54,231 nucleotides of DNA from a virus (taxonomy: Duplodnaviria; Caudoviricetes): IMG/VR virus record IMGVR_UViG_3300010389_000019, positions 1 through 54,231 of that record; one strand, written 5' to 3'. Both the position numbers and the translations under genes were made by a program. Positions 47,201-53,511 of the stretch are shown in pieces (position 1 is the first letter of the stretch; the number at the start of each line of letters is the position of its first letter). The notes under the pieces were generated by a model. That model was not told the origin of the DNA, did not search any database, and saw only the letters and a list, made by a program, of their open reading frames with translations.

Positions 47201-48475
47201 GATTTGGATTTTGTCTCCCTTATCAACATAATAGGTATCTTGGGGGATTACTAAATCTTGTAGAACAGCGCCTATACGGACCTGTACGGGGTCTACCTGG
47301 GCAGAAGAGGTATATCCATAGGCAACAAAGTTTTGACGCAGTTCCTGGTCATCAGACATTGCCTGAGTTACACCAGTAACATCAAAAAATTGGTTAGATG
47401 ACTTTGAAAGGTATTGTAATGTCTGGGAAGTTCCGTTAGGGAGAGATGCAACCAACTCACCAGTTGCCGCAAATCCAACAGTTGAGTCAACATCAAGAAC
47501 AGTTGCTCCAATGGAGACACTATTAAGCAGTTCAGTCTTAGGATTTACAACAAAAGTACCTTTGATAGAACCACCTGCTACATCGATATCCTTATCATAG
47601 TCTGAGTCTAGACTAATCGTGTAATATGTCTTTTCTCCACGTATAATCTTCTCAACTTTACTAATTGAACCACTCGCTCTCTTATTATATTGATCAGCAT
47701 CCTGGAAGAGAGTTTTATTGAACAAAAGTTCAGGATCACCATCAACTGCTTCAACAACTAAATTGTTTACAAGTTGATAACGAGCATCTGATGGAATGAA
47801 TAGATAATCACTAGGTCTGATTAACTCAACATCTTTGCCATAAAGAGCGCGGAACAGAATTTCATAGGATTGCTCCGTGCCTTTGGAGACATAAAAACTA
47901 TCTGCTTCTTTAATGAAGAGTTTTTGGTCCAAATCAGAATATAACTTTCTATCCTCAAATCCTGGAAGTATTTGCTTCTTGAGTTTTTTGAGAAACTCTT
48001 GTAAGAATAGAATACTCAAGTTTTTAATTGTTGATCCACTTGCATGTTCTGCAGTATCCGTGCTAGAAAAAACAAGTTCATCTGGTTGATTGGGTGCCCT
48101 ATAAGAAGTGATGCCACTAAATCCTCTTACGCAACCAGTAAAGGAATTTGTAGTAATACCAGTGTATGTGATGATCTCAGAGTCAATCTGTATGACCCCG
48201 TATTGACTTGGGAATCCCTCTGTGGAGTCAGTCCTGATAGTTGTATCGAAAAACGAAATAGAACTGCCCAGAGACGCTTGTGTGACTAGGTTAGTAAGAT
48301 TGTCAACCTTTACATATTGGTCAATATTATTAACAATGTTCGCTGGAAGACTTTGGGAGTCTTGTGACTTGTAATAACTTTCTAGAAACTCTGAAGCAAG
48401 AGGATAATTGTCTCTTACCCAGGAAGGCAGCTGGCTCTCGACGACCGTGCTGATTTTGACCCTTTGATTGACCAT
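35261..48475 (-). CDS. g7: Baseplate wedge initiator (T4 gp7-like), giant multidomain form (4404 aa)
   Basis: QLP.WV....P...EFL..YY N-terminus, FY.SKGT..SY..LFRALYG and DSDYYQYFSY...HPAG; located between g6 and g8. Confidence 0.85.
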   Translation of the reverse strand: MVNQRVKISTVVESQLPSWVRDNYPLASEFLESYYKSQDSQSLPANIVNNIDQYVKVDNLTNLVTQASLGSSISFFDTTIRTDSTEGFPSQYGVIQIDSEIITYTGITTNSFTGCVRGFSGITSYRAPNQPDELVFSSTDTAEHASGSTIKNLSILFLQEFLKKLKKQILPGFEDRKLYSDLDQKLFIKEADSFYVSKGTEQSYEILFRALYGKDVELIRPSDYLFIPSDARYQLVNNLVVEAVDGDPELLFNKTLFQDADQYNKRASGSISKVEKIIRGEKTYYTISLDSDYDKDIDVAGGSIKGTFVVNPKTELLNSVSIGATVLDVDSTVGFAATGELVASLPNGTSQTLQYLSKSSNQFFDVTGVTQAMSDDQELRQNFVAYGYTSSAQVDPVQVRIGAVLQDLVIPQDTYYVDKGDKIQIKTLGDTDQSKKTTIWQYNHKTTFTVESITAQSAALTYDVKTYDDNGIVLGDTVTLTDNTSTSTTFVVQQVKTPDTFVVSGSSLDPTKFYTITRSLTKGNSSSYPYISNFITNVQNTYLNNDDVYVASNSIPYYPNQTLIPENYTVTFSGTFSGEELNIGSHPFITGDAVNLIGSGLSLSEGVYFVKVISNSVIKLAASRPNISTNNFFTVTGTITNGKLVKFGYKGKSLQPQGLLRKISDPIDDGTIVDIKTTPVGMFVNGVEVGSYKSEDIVNFGSINDVEVIAEGDGYDIINPPVLSITDSVGSAAAGNVSVKGGLERIEIIDPGSDYLEVPVVTITGGNGTGAKAEATLANFIHEVTFNSIASANQVDLPLNTIAIGSPHKFRDGEHVFYETNGLTPIGGLESNSEYYVGVVDAYRVKLYKTQVDAVTGKNVIDLTSFGIGGHTLRTVNYRKKVGSIRVIDSGKNYENKLRRVAPTGINTASNLINIRNHGYKSGDIITYNTSGNEILGLSTAQSYYVTAYDNNQFYLSQVGIGSTTRAQYYNAREYVDLRSRGSGTHSFNYEPIKVKIKGIVGLTTVTTTESIIVDSRTIRSGIVTEIATAGQTDFTFGYPVRPSNPQLLDVFMDGVRLNSVDYDATSGTQIVLQSPANGTEIVEMVSYASTVRTQYTEVTAGAGQTNFPFIYSPGNLDVLLNGVKLPARDYESDTGTAVILDQGATAGDTVELIGYPDVIRKEATFTAQDGQTKFTFPHQTEYSLIDVYLNGIKLPVEDYDASNQSFVEILVPVFANDIVYLSYFVLSELVYLGSDFNASIQPIFRGSIETVGLSNNGTNYGSDSIVNYNRQPLFTLNSGKNAELIPIIDQTTGGIQDVVIKNSGSGYNAPPNLVISGDGLGAIFTPIVKNGVLSEIIVISPGRGYKSSNTTVRVVAAGLGAKFEANIKSWTLNEVQRLIEREKISADDGVLYNQTSGSLEYTHLYAPRQLRKQVYGTRFVNGIETFLPDITFDNTGKEIDSTNHSPIIGWAYDGNPIYGPYGYDTPSGGVVRRMVSGYTQDLKTGRPAVSKFPFGMFVEDYIFDNSGDLDEHNGRFCVTPEFPNGVYAYFMTVSDTYAQSGPFKNFKTPVFPYVVGQSFKSTPIDFNFLNTSNQNTININSSGWFRNTEPYKLESDFASYQYLFNPNSVRKQTSVVKYSQPGGLDNIDIYNSGDGFKVGDSINFTGGTGRGAFGKISRIVGKTITSIANSTTYVESIEFVPLDNTGRFVGVAPEPHNLVNLDFVSVTGLSTFRTDLRQNLQIRLPDAPLSLTADISTANVTGFVTHFSLASIPQHPFILENDILTVDDEQVKVLNVDRSKSRIRVLRAQNSTAGVAHTVASPIAQKSRRVQVSTNYKKSDSSRLDRQLYFEPEITVGLGATWGVGITSTLFLDQVNHQSPVSFDTGNTTILYFQTPQNISKFIGGGYVSITNPTSPGFAVKNAKVLSVGSTSITVDFDTSSLVGAGVTGYLNGVVTQEIPTRSLYIENHGLATGDKVLYNSNGGTALVVKRDTAADTSLTQNQELFVKRVDNNIVSFAQTASDLNLDKGILQFIGIGTGVYHSFKTVRSDVIIGQIEKNNVTVSTASTHGLSLRDNINIDINVGVAQTFKVVYNDYNRRTLINPRTFTVGDVVVARDTIRIDRHKFYNGQKVIFTGTTGQLVDDQIYYVVVFDNNNIRLSNTYFDATKSLPIFINFTATFGGTIAPVNPEIDYCPNQKVIFDLSDSSLAYTSPSGAVESSFNFDLYTDKTLTNPYVTSEDLGAFNVTKTGVIGIDANAKLEFETTSSTPGQLFYALTPVPGGSGPNKNTIIQDDDKITNPNTLLRVTTPYTGDHVVTSIGATTFTYTIGSRPRFASQTPDQSVMSYDTTSVTAIGGISSIRVTSGSGYMSLPEISNIVSAAGTEAILNGVSTSIGKLKTVDIQDIGFDYPSDNSVRPTVRISNILDVGRYSSFGRIGISSAGEGYTNPADLIVLDSITKNQLTDVRLSYKLGDTEVRIEENTRDLYDVEPIIIPTNNSNGVGINTIKYNSSNSEVTAVLVGSFATVGGFPINVGDKIFVEGSTVLGTNVKGFNSKDYNYAFFTVTAIDPKYGGVNAEVKYNLGDYLKTGDTVGTFDPINSSARIVTQKSMPIFNVTLKQNQFLIGETIKSDSGATGIIDRWNPVASHLNVINPTGSFVVGEDIEGQTSGTRAILSNNIAFESSYNLGSSSKVEQGWKRFTGFLNNDLSRVEDSDYYQYFSYELKSEVSLEKWDEPVQSLNHPAGWKKFSNLLMFSKDNTNTGITTDQDGGTVTSVVDIIREVDTNCYFDWDLASENNLIINGTISSDEIIFNSQLIQNYFESIGNRVLSIDDIGDQFKSDARVDPFSDVDTYPLTDRSRKYITYVKDRRFTNERQLMMVSVLQNESQGFLNQYGRVETLSDLGSFDFTITNREGVLRFYPVKTAVNNYDVSLASYANNDVLAGIGSTIVGSVADIYTSQTAITTGIATFPVVSIAKTYSGAKVIVSASSTDNFHQFDEITLLRDNARNVGMSEYGNLTDLNLVATSTVGLGTYDATIPNKVVATISTSRYANFSGIITSTGGSGSGPFGGFNIGDHTRFTGDGQRQLTLGPIDARTFDDVNVYAIVGNDSNGGEAPEVTDGISLRYSIDGGSNYVNTGIIVPYNGAGGLTTHTKLIPDAAKTASTLFRFQQNANSGNDFDTYGFKNIRFNSERMILNFYPHAGVAGTVNALTVGLGITEATGIGSMTFNTNTVETIRTSIASSTAPVATRIAGWSSDIFNGGYLLVGVTDSTNDEQEIFELMAVQDDLDQSISEFGNVLTSSGLGTVGIACTNDTVKILYTPNANIDVDVKVYQHSMRLVDNFNNDTGIGFSNGSINSGFGDYIGTELDITRAFELKHKTKDIFHRYFAPTTDPRTGSTTDNGVVNVVANSINLAEHFFVTGEEVTYSSPSIGGFAPIGIATVNIAGIGSTDILPTNLYIIKIDDVTVKVAAAASDALAIPPRPLDFTSTGIGVSHRLASTKQNQRVVLSIDNIIQSPIVKTTPSTTISTTASTFDDILDFTSVEDYKSGDLVQIDEEIMFIDTVNDVTNKVGVRRGWMGTNIGVHTGNAAIEKVVGNYNIVGNTVNFATAPYGPDPIGTSSNDPDDRYWVGITTRSTFSGRSFMKGGTPNGNVDTYNDNYILNDITPEFTGVGTEFTLSTGNASSLTGISTNNGIVLLEGIFQSPTRFSAQPIIQNQYMEETVGVTSIFFNGAPIGGQIVSIGTTYGNGYQPLVAAGGTAVVSIAGTIESIAIGLTGSGYRSGLQTVNVSLATSTVGLSTLTPVGIASVLNGNVVSVQITNPGSGYTASNPPEVVFDAPYSYENLALDYVSGTTGIGTGATASIVVGQGSSVIDSIIINSGLGYTFGDRLTVAIGGTIGIPTDTSKTFEPFEVTVSDTYSQQFSGWTLGNFLVFDKIDNLFNGFEREFPLAIDGIRQSIIGVNNVDLDQVLLVFIDNILQVPGEAYEFNGGSTIVFTEPPQTGDLCTIIFYRGNESVDVIENDILETVKIGDKLTLTSDNPLEREDSRTVFSIDSVDVVTTNTYSGPGIITTGELRPVIWCKQREDTTINGQSVDKSREEYEATIFPATNVIQPVSPNDQSIYVLNARTFFDSLNENPSPPKTRTTIQVMTLDTQESATATATINAGGNVTGVTITNAGVGYTQAPVVTFESPVGVGTTATATATLSGATVGSISITNAGTGYTQAPNVLIAHPQAIIETIDNVSYTGDFGTIVGIQTSNVNPSEIAFDIHIPFDSYLRDTTIVGTAITISQIVGGDYFTVYGTGVAVTTSNYNPLRIDNSVIGIVTHNSDGVYQAVRTGAEDVVVAGITTTVRRVYCKISESNISGSFDDNLGVYSWGKLGVTGRSSGREFNFYGDDGVVGIKTSAYVRRVLPLENRNYLV

Positions 48476-48484
48476 GATTTATTT

Positions 48485-50395
48485 TTAGTTTCTGATAAGT
48501 CTGCCAGTTTTTCCACAACTTGCTGTTGCAACAAAGTTTGATCCAGAAATATCTGCACCAGACGCTATGTTGTCAGCTAACATATTGATTGTGCTATTAT
48601 TAATATCTAGTTGCAGATATAACTCCTCTTTTCCGATGACATCATTGGAAGAAGGCTCAACCGAGACCTCAATAATTGGTCCTTCAGCGTTAGTTTTTGA
48701 TGTTGATTGAATCTTGATTGGGTTAAGTTTAACTTCACCCTTAACATAATCAACAGTTCCAATATTTTTAAGCAAAATAACTGCTTCAGTGGTGGTATCA
48801 ACCTTAAACAAGAAGATTGAACCAGTCTTTAAATCTGCATTTGGCATATCTGAGAAATAAACCGTATCTGAGATACCAGTTACAGTAAATCCCGAAGTTT
48901 TGATGTTATATCCAGTTGGATCAACACAGAATGAGTTACCAAAGCAAATCTCATACTCAGCAAAAGACCTCAGCACGGGTGCTAAGTCTCTTCTCATTTC
49001 AATAGATGTAATATTTGAGGTAATTGAGTCATCCGAGTCATCAACGACCTTCGTAAACTTACTATATCTAAATTTGGCACCATATTTATTCAATTCTGTA
49101 GAATCTGCATAATCCTCTATATTTTTTGTAATTGCTGCCTTTACAAATGCTGCATTTGGTGCAAGAGATGGATCATAATATGCAGTTGTATTAAATTCAA
49201 CGTAAGTATACTTCGTATCAAGGATAATTGGACGAATTCCAGAGATTTGATACTTCCTAAGTTGATCAATTAGGTTTTCTTTGACCGAGTTAGACAAATA
49301 TTGACCATTAACTGGTTTAATTGATATAAAAATACGTCCATATTGTGGTGGATTTAGTACTTCACCACCAAAAGCAGAGATTGATTCAACTTCTCCATAG
49401 ATTTGGGGGATAATTGCCTCATAATCCATCGCTGTAACTGCTCTGTCGGCCGCGGCGTAACTTTTTGGAGCAAATTTTCTGATGGAATCAACCGATTCGA
49501 TCTCTTGTCCACCCGAAGATGGAGAATTCGTGGTCAATGCAGAGATGTCAGACGTTATAACAGTTGCATTATTGTCTAAAATACGTCCAGCATAACTGAA
49601 AGATGAGACATCATTGCCGTTTTCGCCATTTGAGACAGTGTAACTGACGGTAATGTAGTTGTTATTATCTAATTTTCTACCAAAAACTCCATCTCCAAAG
49701 AAAAGTTCGTATCTTTCGCCTGCAATTTCTTGTAAGAAGTAAACATTTGACGTTGAAGTGACCTGAAACAGGTCATTTTTCTGAGTGTACTTGACAAATG
49801 AGTTACTTTGAGACGTTGGATAAACTTTTACGTCAAGATTTGACGTATCAATGTTGGGATTTCCAAGTTCAAACTTTTGATTTGGGATATTTACGTCAAC
49901 AGTAAACGCTTCAGTAACATAATTTCCCTCATAAATCGTAATATTGTCGAAAGTTGCAACTCCATTTACCACTGGGACGGTAATATCTGCTGGAATTGTG
50001 AATACAAACGACTCATTTCCAAATTTTTGCGATGAAGTTGCAACAACACCCGCTTTTAGAGTCAAAGTAAGGGGTGAAGATGGCAATGCGGTAACATCAA
50101 CAAAGAAAGATATATTTGCTTTTGCAGATCTTCGTGATCTTGGTAGATATCCAATGTTTTTTGCAAGAGAAACTACGTTTTCTCTCAACGTAGCACTATC
50201 AATGAACACCTCATTGCTGAGCATGTTCGCATTAAATGACGTTAGATACGTATTATACGCAAGCGTGTCGATAATGACCGAGAGATTTGATCCCTCAAAG
50301 TCATAATCGGTAAAATTTGAGTTAGATTTGATATAATCCTTAATGGATTGTTTTATTTGATCAAAATCTAAGTTAGCGAACTTAACTAGAGGCAT
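48485..50395 (-). CDS. g6: Baseplate wedge subunit (T4 gp6-like)
   Basis: LDFDQIK, FTDYDFEGSNL, NEVFIDSATLRENVVS.AK.IGY.PRS, FGDGVFG and RAVTAMDY. Confidence 0.95.
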   Translation of the reverse strand: MPLVKFANLDFDQIKQSIKDYIKSNSNFTDYDFEGSNLSVIIDTLAYNTYLTSFNANMLSNEVFIDSATLRENVVSLAKNIGYLPRSRRSAKANISFFVDVTALPSSPLTLTLKAGVVATSSQKFGNESFVFTIPADITVPVVNGVATFDNITIYEGNYVTEAFTVDVNIPNQKFELGNPNIDTSNLDVKVYPTSQSNSFVKYTQKNDLFQVTSTSNVYFLQEIAGERYELFFGDGVFGRKLDNNNYITVSYTVSNGENGNDVSSFSYAGRILDNNATVITSDISALTTNSPSSGGQEIESVDSIRKFAPKSYAAADRAVTAMDYEAIIPQIYGEVESISAFGGEVLNPPQYGRIFISIKPVNGQYLSNSVKENLIDQLRKYQISGIRPIILDTKYTYVEFNTTAYYDPSLAPNAAFVKAAITKNIEDYADSTELNKYGAKFRYSKFTKVVDDSDDSITSNITSIEMRRDLAPVLRSFAEYEICFGNSFCVDPTGYNIKTSGFTVTGISDTVYFSDMPNADLKTGSIFLFKVDTTTEAVILLKNIGTVDYVKGEVKLNPIKIQSTSKTNAEGPIIEVSVEPSSNDVIGKEELYLQLDINNSTINMLADNIASGADISGSNFVATASCGKTGRLIRN

Positions 50396-50401
50396 TTATA
50401 T

Positions 50402-50812
50402 CTACCTTATTTTGGTTAATGGAAATGACAGAGATTGTGCTGGTGCATCAATACCAACAATTTCGTAATTGACTGTCATATCAAAGGCATTATCATCAGG
50501 TCTTGGATCAACCGTGACATCAATGAGTTTTACTCTTGGTTCATACGTGTTGATTGTATTCTCAGCCGATGTTTTAATTTGTGTTGCGGAAATAACGTCA
50601 ATTTGTTCAAAAAGTGACTCATAGATTCCAGATCCAAGTTCAGGATTGAAGAATCTTTCACCTGGAGTCGTTAAAACCAAATTTTTAATCGACTGAGCAA
50701 TCGCATTCTCATTTTTCAATGGAATGAGGTCGTTCGTCAGCGGATTCTCCTGAAAGGACATACTAATGTCCTTAAATCCGATAGATGTACGTTGGGCGAC
50801 CTCAACAGGCAT
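50402..50812 (-). CDS. g25: Baseplate wedge subunit (T4 gp25-like)
   Basis: FKDIS.SF..NP, AI.QSIKNLV.T.PGERFF.PELGS and YEPRV. Confidence 0.93.
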   Translation of the reverse strand: MPVEVAQRTSIGFKDISMSFQENPLTNDLIPLKNENAIAQSIKNLVLTTPGERFFNPELGSGIYESLFEQIDVISATQIKTSAENTINTYEPRVKLIDVTVDPRPDDNAFDMTVNYEIVGIDAPAQSLSFPLTKIR

Positions 50813-50840
50813 GGATAAGAGATGGAGACTCGTTCTGCCT

Positions 50841-50848
50841 TATTTATT
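50841..50848 (-). promoter_or_regulatory. T4-like late promoter (AATAAATA)
   Basis: NATAAATA 29 nt upstream of g25. Confidence 0.65.
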
Positions 50849-50865
50849 AAGGTAGATTATAGTTT

Positions 50866-51114
50866 TTATTCGTAAAGTGGTTCTGTACCATATTCCCAAT
50901 CATCATAATCGGGATCATTGCGAATTTGAGCATGTAAATCGTTTTGTTTCTTCAATCTATTCTCTTTTGTCAAATCGTCACCTACAACCTCTCTTAATTC
51001 TTGCTTCTCTTCTTTTTGTAAGTTGCCTGACCAGTAATCAGTAATCAAATTTGTTGTTCCCCACATTTTATACATGTACTCCTTATCTCTATCAGGATCT
51101 GGGTGCATTGCCAT
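50866..51114 (-). CDS. Hypothetical protein (82 aa)
   Basis: ATG at 51114 preferred (MAMHPDPDRDKEYMYKMWGT...DYDDWEYGTEPLYE); the track's longer start overlaps the upstream gene extensively. Confidence 0.75.
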   Translation of the reverse strand: MAMHPDPDRDKEYMYKMWGTTNLITDYWSGNLQKEEKQELREVVGDDLTKENRLKKQNDLHAQIRNDPDYDDWEYGTEPLYE

Positions 51115-51808
51115 CTGTTTGGTCCTCTGTTTGGTTAACAGAACTTTTTTCGGGGTTGCTATCCCGCTCTTTAGATGTTTTCCAAAAATACTCGTCCTCA
51201 CGTCCCATACCGAGTCTATCAAAACCATTCTCTACAGAGTACTCTATAGTAGATACTTTAAAGTCTGGTTTCTTAGGTTCTGCAGGTGTAAGACTATTAT
51301 CAAAGATACGGATTCGATTATTTGGATATAATGCAAATTGACCGTTGTCCAACTCAATCAAATTGTGAGATTTATGCTCAGCAGGATTTTCGCTGGTTGC
51401 ATAGTCAACAACATCTGGATCTTGATGGTAATTGTCTAAAGTACAAACATATGTACCCTTTTGAATACCATGATCACGAGTATAGCACTCATAATCCATT
51501 GATCCAACGAATTGTTTCTGTACCGCAACAACTCCATAATCCATACAGTTCCAAAACTGTAAATTTGGCAGATTTAAATCGGGAGAAGGTGTCTCTGGTC
51601 GTGCAACGAATGCTGAAATTGGCAATTTATCATACATTGCAGCATACTCTGGTAAGTATGTCTCAAAGTAAAACGCACGACCTGGAATGCTCTTTGCAGA
51701 TACCCATACGCCCTTCTCAAACTCACCATGTCCAAATTGATGATCAGTCAAATACTCTTTTCGAACCCATACTTCAACGGATGGGAGATTGCAAATTAGT
51801 GCGGGCAT
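51092..51808 (-). CDS. Conserved hypothetical phage protein (238 aa)
   Basis: ORF track; globular composition with aromatic-rich motifs (VWVRKEYL.DH, YDKLPISAF, EHKSHN, GQFALYPNNR); near-consensus late promoter TATAAATT upstream. Confidence 0.85.
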   Translation of the reverse strand: MPALICNLPSVEVWVRKEYLTDHQFGHGEFEKGVWVSAKSIPGRAFYFETYLPEYAAMYDKLPISAFVARPETPSPDLNLPNLQFWNCMDYGVVAVQKQFVGSMDYECYTRDHGIQKGTYVCTLDNYHQDPDVVDYATSENPAEHKSHNLIELDNGQFALYPNNRIRIFDNSLTPAEPKKPDFKVSTIEYSVENGFDRLGMGREDEYFWKTSKERDSNPEKSSVNQTEDQTDGNAPRS

Positions 51809-51839
51809 GATAAACCGATCAACTACAGTAATTTATAAT

Positions 51840-51866
51840 AAAAAAGACCCTCCCGAAGGAGAGTCC
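51840..51866 (-). terminator. Rho-independent terminator with cUUCGg tetraloop
   Basis: Minus strand GGACTCTCC-TTCG-GGAGGGTCT followed by a T run; typical T4-family terminator. Confidence 0.85.
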
Positions 51867-51871
51867 TTATA

Positions 51872-52021
51872 TCAACCGCGACCTTGACCGCGATAACGTT
51901 TGGTCTTCGCATTTCGACTGGAAGCAGCATACTTGGTATGTTGTCCCGATCCCTGACGAGTCTTCTTGGGTTTAGACTCAATCATCTGACTGCCCATCAG
52001 GGACTTCTTCATTTTTGCCAT
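51872..52021 (-). CDS. Small highly basic protein (49 aa)
   Basis: Manual translation MAKMKKSLMGSQMIESKPKKTRQGSGQHTKYAASSRNAKTKRYRGQGRG; AGGAG Shine-Dalgarno upstream and terminator downstream. Not in the ORF track. Confidence 0.8.
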   Translation of the reverse strand: MAKMKKSLMGSQMIESKPKKTRQGSGQHTKYAASSRNAKTKRYRGQGRG

Positions 52022-52041
52022 AATTTAGTTCTCCTATTAAA

Positions 52042-52815
52042 TCAAATAACGCGAGTCTTTTCGTGACCAACACGGATGCGAGGGTCACACCAGGTCTCAA
52101 TACCAAGTTCCTTAGCATCGAGACAGAATGATACGTCTTCACCGCACATATCTTGGACTGCACCAGATTCAAACTGCTGCATCTTAGGAGCAAACCAGGG
52201 ATACTCCATACGCTCAAACACACCCTTCTTAATCATGACCCAACCAAATCCAGTGTAGTCAACAGTAAAGGGTTGCTTACGCTTGCTCATGGATTCACCA
52301 GTCTCGTGGTTCATCACACCACCGTTCTTACGGAACTCCTCTTCCTCCAACCAGTGTGCCACAGAGGTAGTACGACCATCTTCAGTCATGTACCAACCAG
52401 CAGCAATCTCACGCTCATCACCACCTTCGGGCATTGCAAGGTCAGCAAGTTGCCAGAACTTTTCAGTGTTGAATACGATGTCGTTATCGATCCACAGTTG
52501 GTAATCATAATCCAGTTTGCCATCCCAGGGCACCTGATTGGGTCCACGCAGAACGTTCGCACCCAGAACCTTACAACGTGCAAAGTTAACCATGGATGAG
52601 TAGTCCTGACTAATCTGAATGCTCATTCCATTCTGAACCAAGTCAAACGACATTTGAACAAAGTTCTTCAGGAATGTATACGAGCATCCACGACCAGGGA
52701 GACAGAAGACAATCTTCTTGCCCCTCCAACGCTCTTTAATTTTGTCATAATCCCATTCAGGAGCTTTTGCGCCGCTCGAAGGCGCATTTGCTTTGACTAC
52801 AAATCCTTTTGCCAT
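52042..52815 (-). CDS. Putative GT-A fold (GT2-like) glycosyltransferase (257 aa)
   Basis: N-terminal VFCLPG strand, DxD-type WIDND, TGFGWVMIKKGVFE, GEDVSFC and C-terminal GH motif. Confidence 0.7.
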   Translation of the reverse strand: MAKGFVVKANAPSSGAKAPEWDYDKIKERWRGKKIVFCLPGRGCSYTFLKNFVQMSFDLVQNGMSIQISQDYSSMVNFARCKVLGANVLRGPNQVPWDGKLDYDYQLWIDNDIVFNTEKFWQLADLAMPEGGDEREIAAGWYMTEDGRTTSVAHWLEEEEFRKNGGVMNHETGESMSKRKQPFTVDYTGFGWVMIKKGVFERMEYPWFAPKMQQFESGAVQDMCGEDVSFCLDAKELGIETWCDPRIRVGHEKTRVI

Positions 52816-52841
52816 GTGTTGTTTACCTTTTGTTCAGTTCA

Positions 52842-52870
52842 AGTTTAGATCAGGAAAAATAAAATGTCAA
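52842..52870 (-). promoter_or_regulatory. Sigma70-type promoter
   Basis: TTGACA (52870-52865), 17-nt spacer, TAAACT (52847-52842); 27 nt upstream of the ATG at 52815. Confidence 0.75.
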
Positions 52871-52875
52871 GACAG

Positions 52876-53046
52876 TTATTGATCAACTTTCTCGATTTTA
52901 AAATCTTCTACCTTATAGTCCGTGTGAATACCAGTCAAACTAATGATGCCGTTAATGGACATCATGTGCCGCTCTGCCTCTTCCCGTGTCGGGATATTAT
53001 CACAGAAGATCACGCCCGTCGTCTCTGCTAAGATTCGATATGCCAT
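52876..53046 (-). CDS. Small hypothetical protein (56 aa)
   Basis: Manual translation MAYRILAETTGVIFCDNIPTREEAERHMMSINGIISLTGIHTDYKVEDFKIEKVDQ; late promoter upstream. Confidence 0.65.
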   Translation of the reverse strand: MAYRILAETTGVIFCDNIPTREEAERHMMSINGIISLTGIHTDYKVEDFKIEKVDQ

Positions 53047-53075
53047 AAAGTGTGGTATTGGTTTTCACCTGCACC

Positions 53076-53083
53076 TATTTATG
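53076..53083 (-). promoter_or_regulatory. T4-like late promoter (CATAAATA)
   Basis: NATAAATA 30 nt upstream of the ATG at 53046. Confidence 0.55.
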
Positions 53084-53101
53084 ACTCTCAAAACCAGAAG
53101 T

Positions 53102-53233
53102 TCAAGTCAGAAGTTTGAGAACCAGAAGCGCCGTATAACCGACAAGGATCCACCCAAAGAATCTGCAGAAAATACGCAGAGGTGTCTTGAGAAGGAAAAC
53201 CCCGAGTCCTAAGATTGTAAGTAATAAAATCAT
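53102..53233 (-). CDS. Very hydrophobic microprotein (43 aa, likely two TM segments)
   Basis: Manual translation MILLLTILGLGVFLLKTPLRIFCRFFGWILVGYTALLVLKLLT. Confidence 0.55.
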   Translation of the reverse strand: MILLLTILGLGVFLLKTPLRIFCRFFGWILVGYTALLVLKLLT

Positions 53234-53251
53234 AATTTTTTTGCAATATTA

Positions 53252-53308
53252 TCGTAGTCTATCAGAGTAACTCTTATACTTATACAAGTAATCACTGAAT
53301 GACTACGA
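53252..53308. repeat. Long imperfect inverted repeat / RNA hairpin
   Basis: Outer arms TCGTAGTC (53252-53259) and GACTACGA (53301-53308), with further inner pairing. Confidence 0.6.
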
Positions 53309-53361
53309 GTTTTGTGCAGATCAAAAGGTCTTGCGACCCAAAAATTTTTCTCAGAAATTTT

Positions 53362-53511
53362 TCAGAGATTTTTTAATACTGCCGAGATATTCATGTGCCC
53401 GTGATAATACCCCGCCGCAATAATCGAGATCACAAAAATTATAAGAGTTATGAGAACTATTACTAAGGGTTTACGGGCGTCTTGATTCTTGGGCGGGGTT
53501 TTGGGAGTCAT
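53362..53511 (-). CDS. Small single-TM hypothetical protein (49 aa)
   Basis: Manual translation MTPKTPPKNQDARKPLVIVLITLIIFVISIIAAGYYHGHMNISAVLKNL; followed by a GGTC-GCAA-GACC hairpin plus TTTT at about 53322-53339. Confidence 0.6.
   Translation of the reverse strand: MTPKTPPKNQDARKPLVIVLITLIIFVISIIAAGYYHGHMNISAVLKNL

Noticed and set aside
35261-48475. Intein or homing endonuclease explaining the size of gp7 or VrlC
   Set aside because: No intein splice-junction, LAGLIDADG, HNH or GIY-YIG motifs were recognised; size is explained by repeated structural modules.
51115-51228. N-terminal extension of ORF 50866..51228
   Set aside because: It overlaps the 3' end of the 238-aa gene by over 130 nt; ATG at 51114 gives a typical short overlap.
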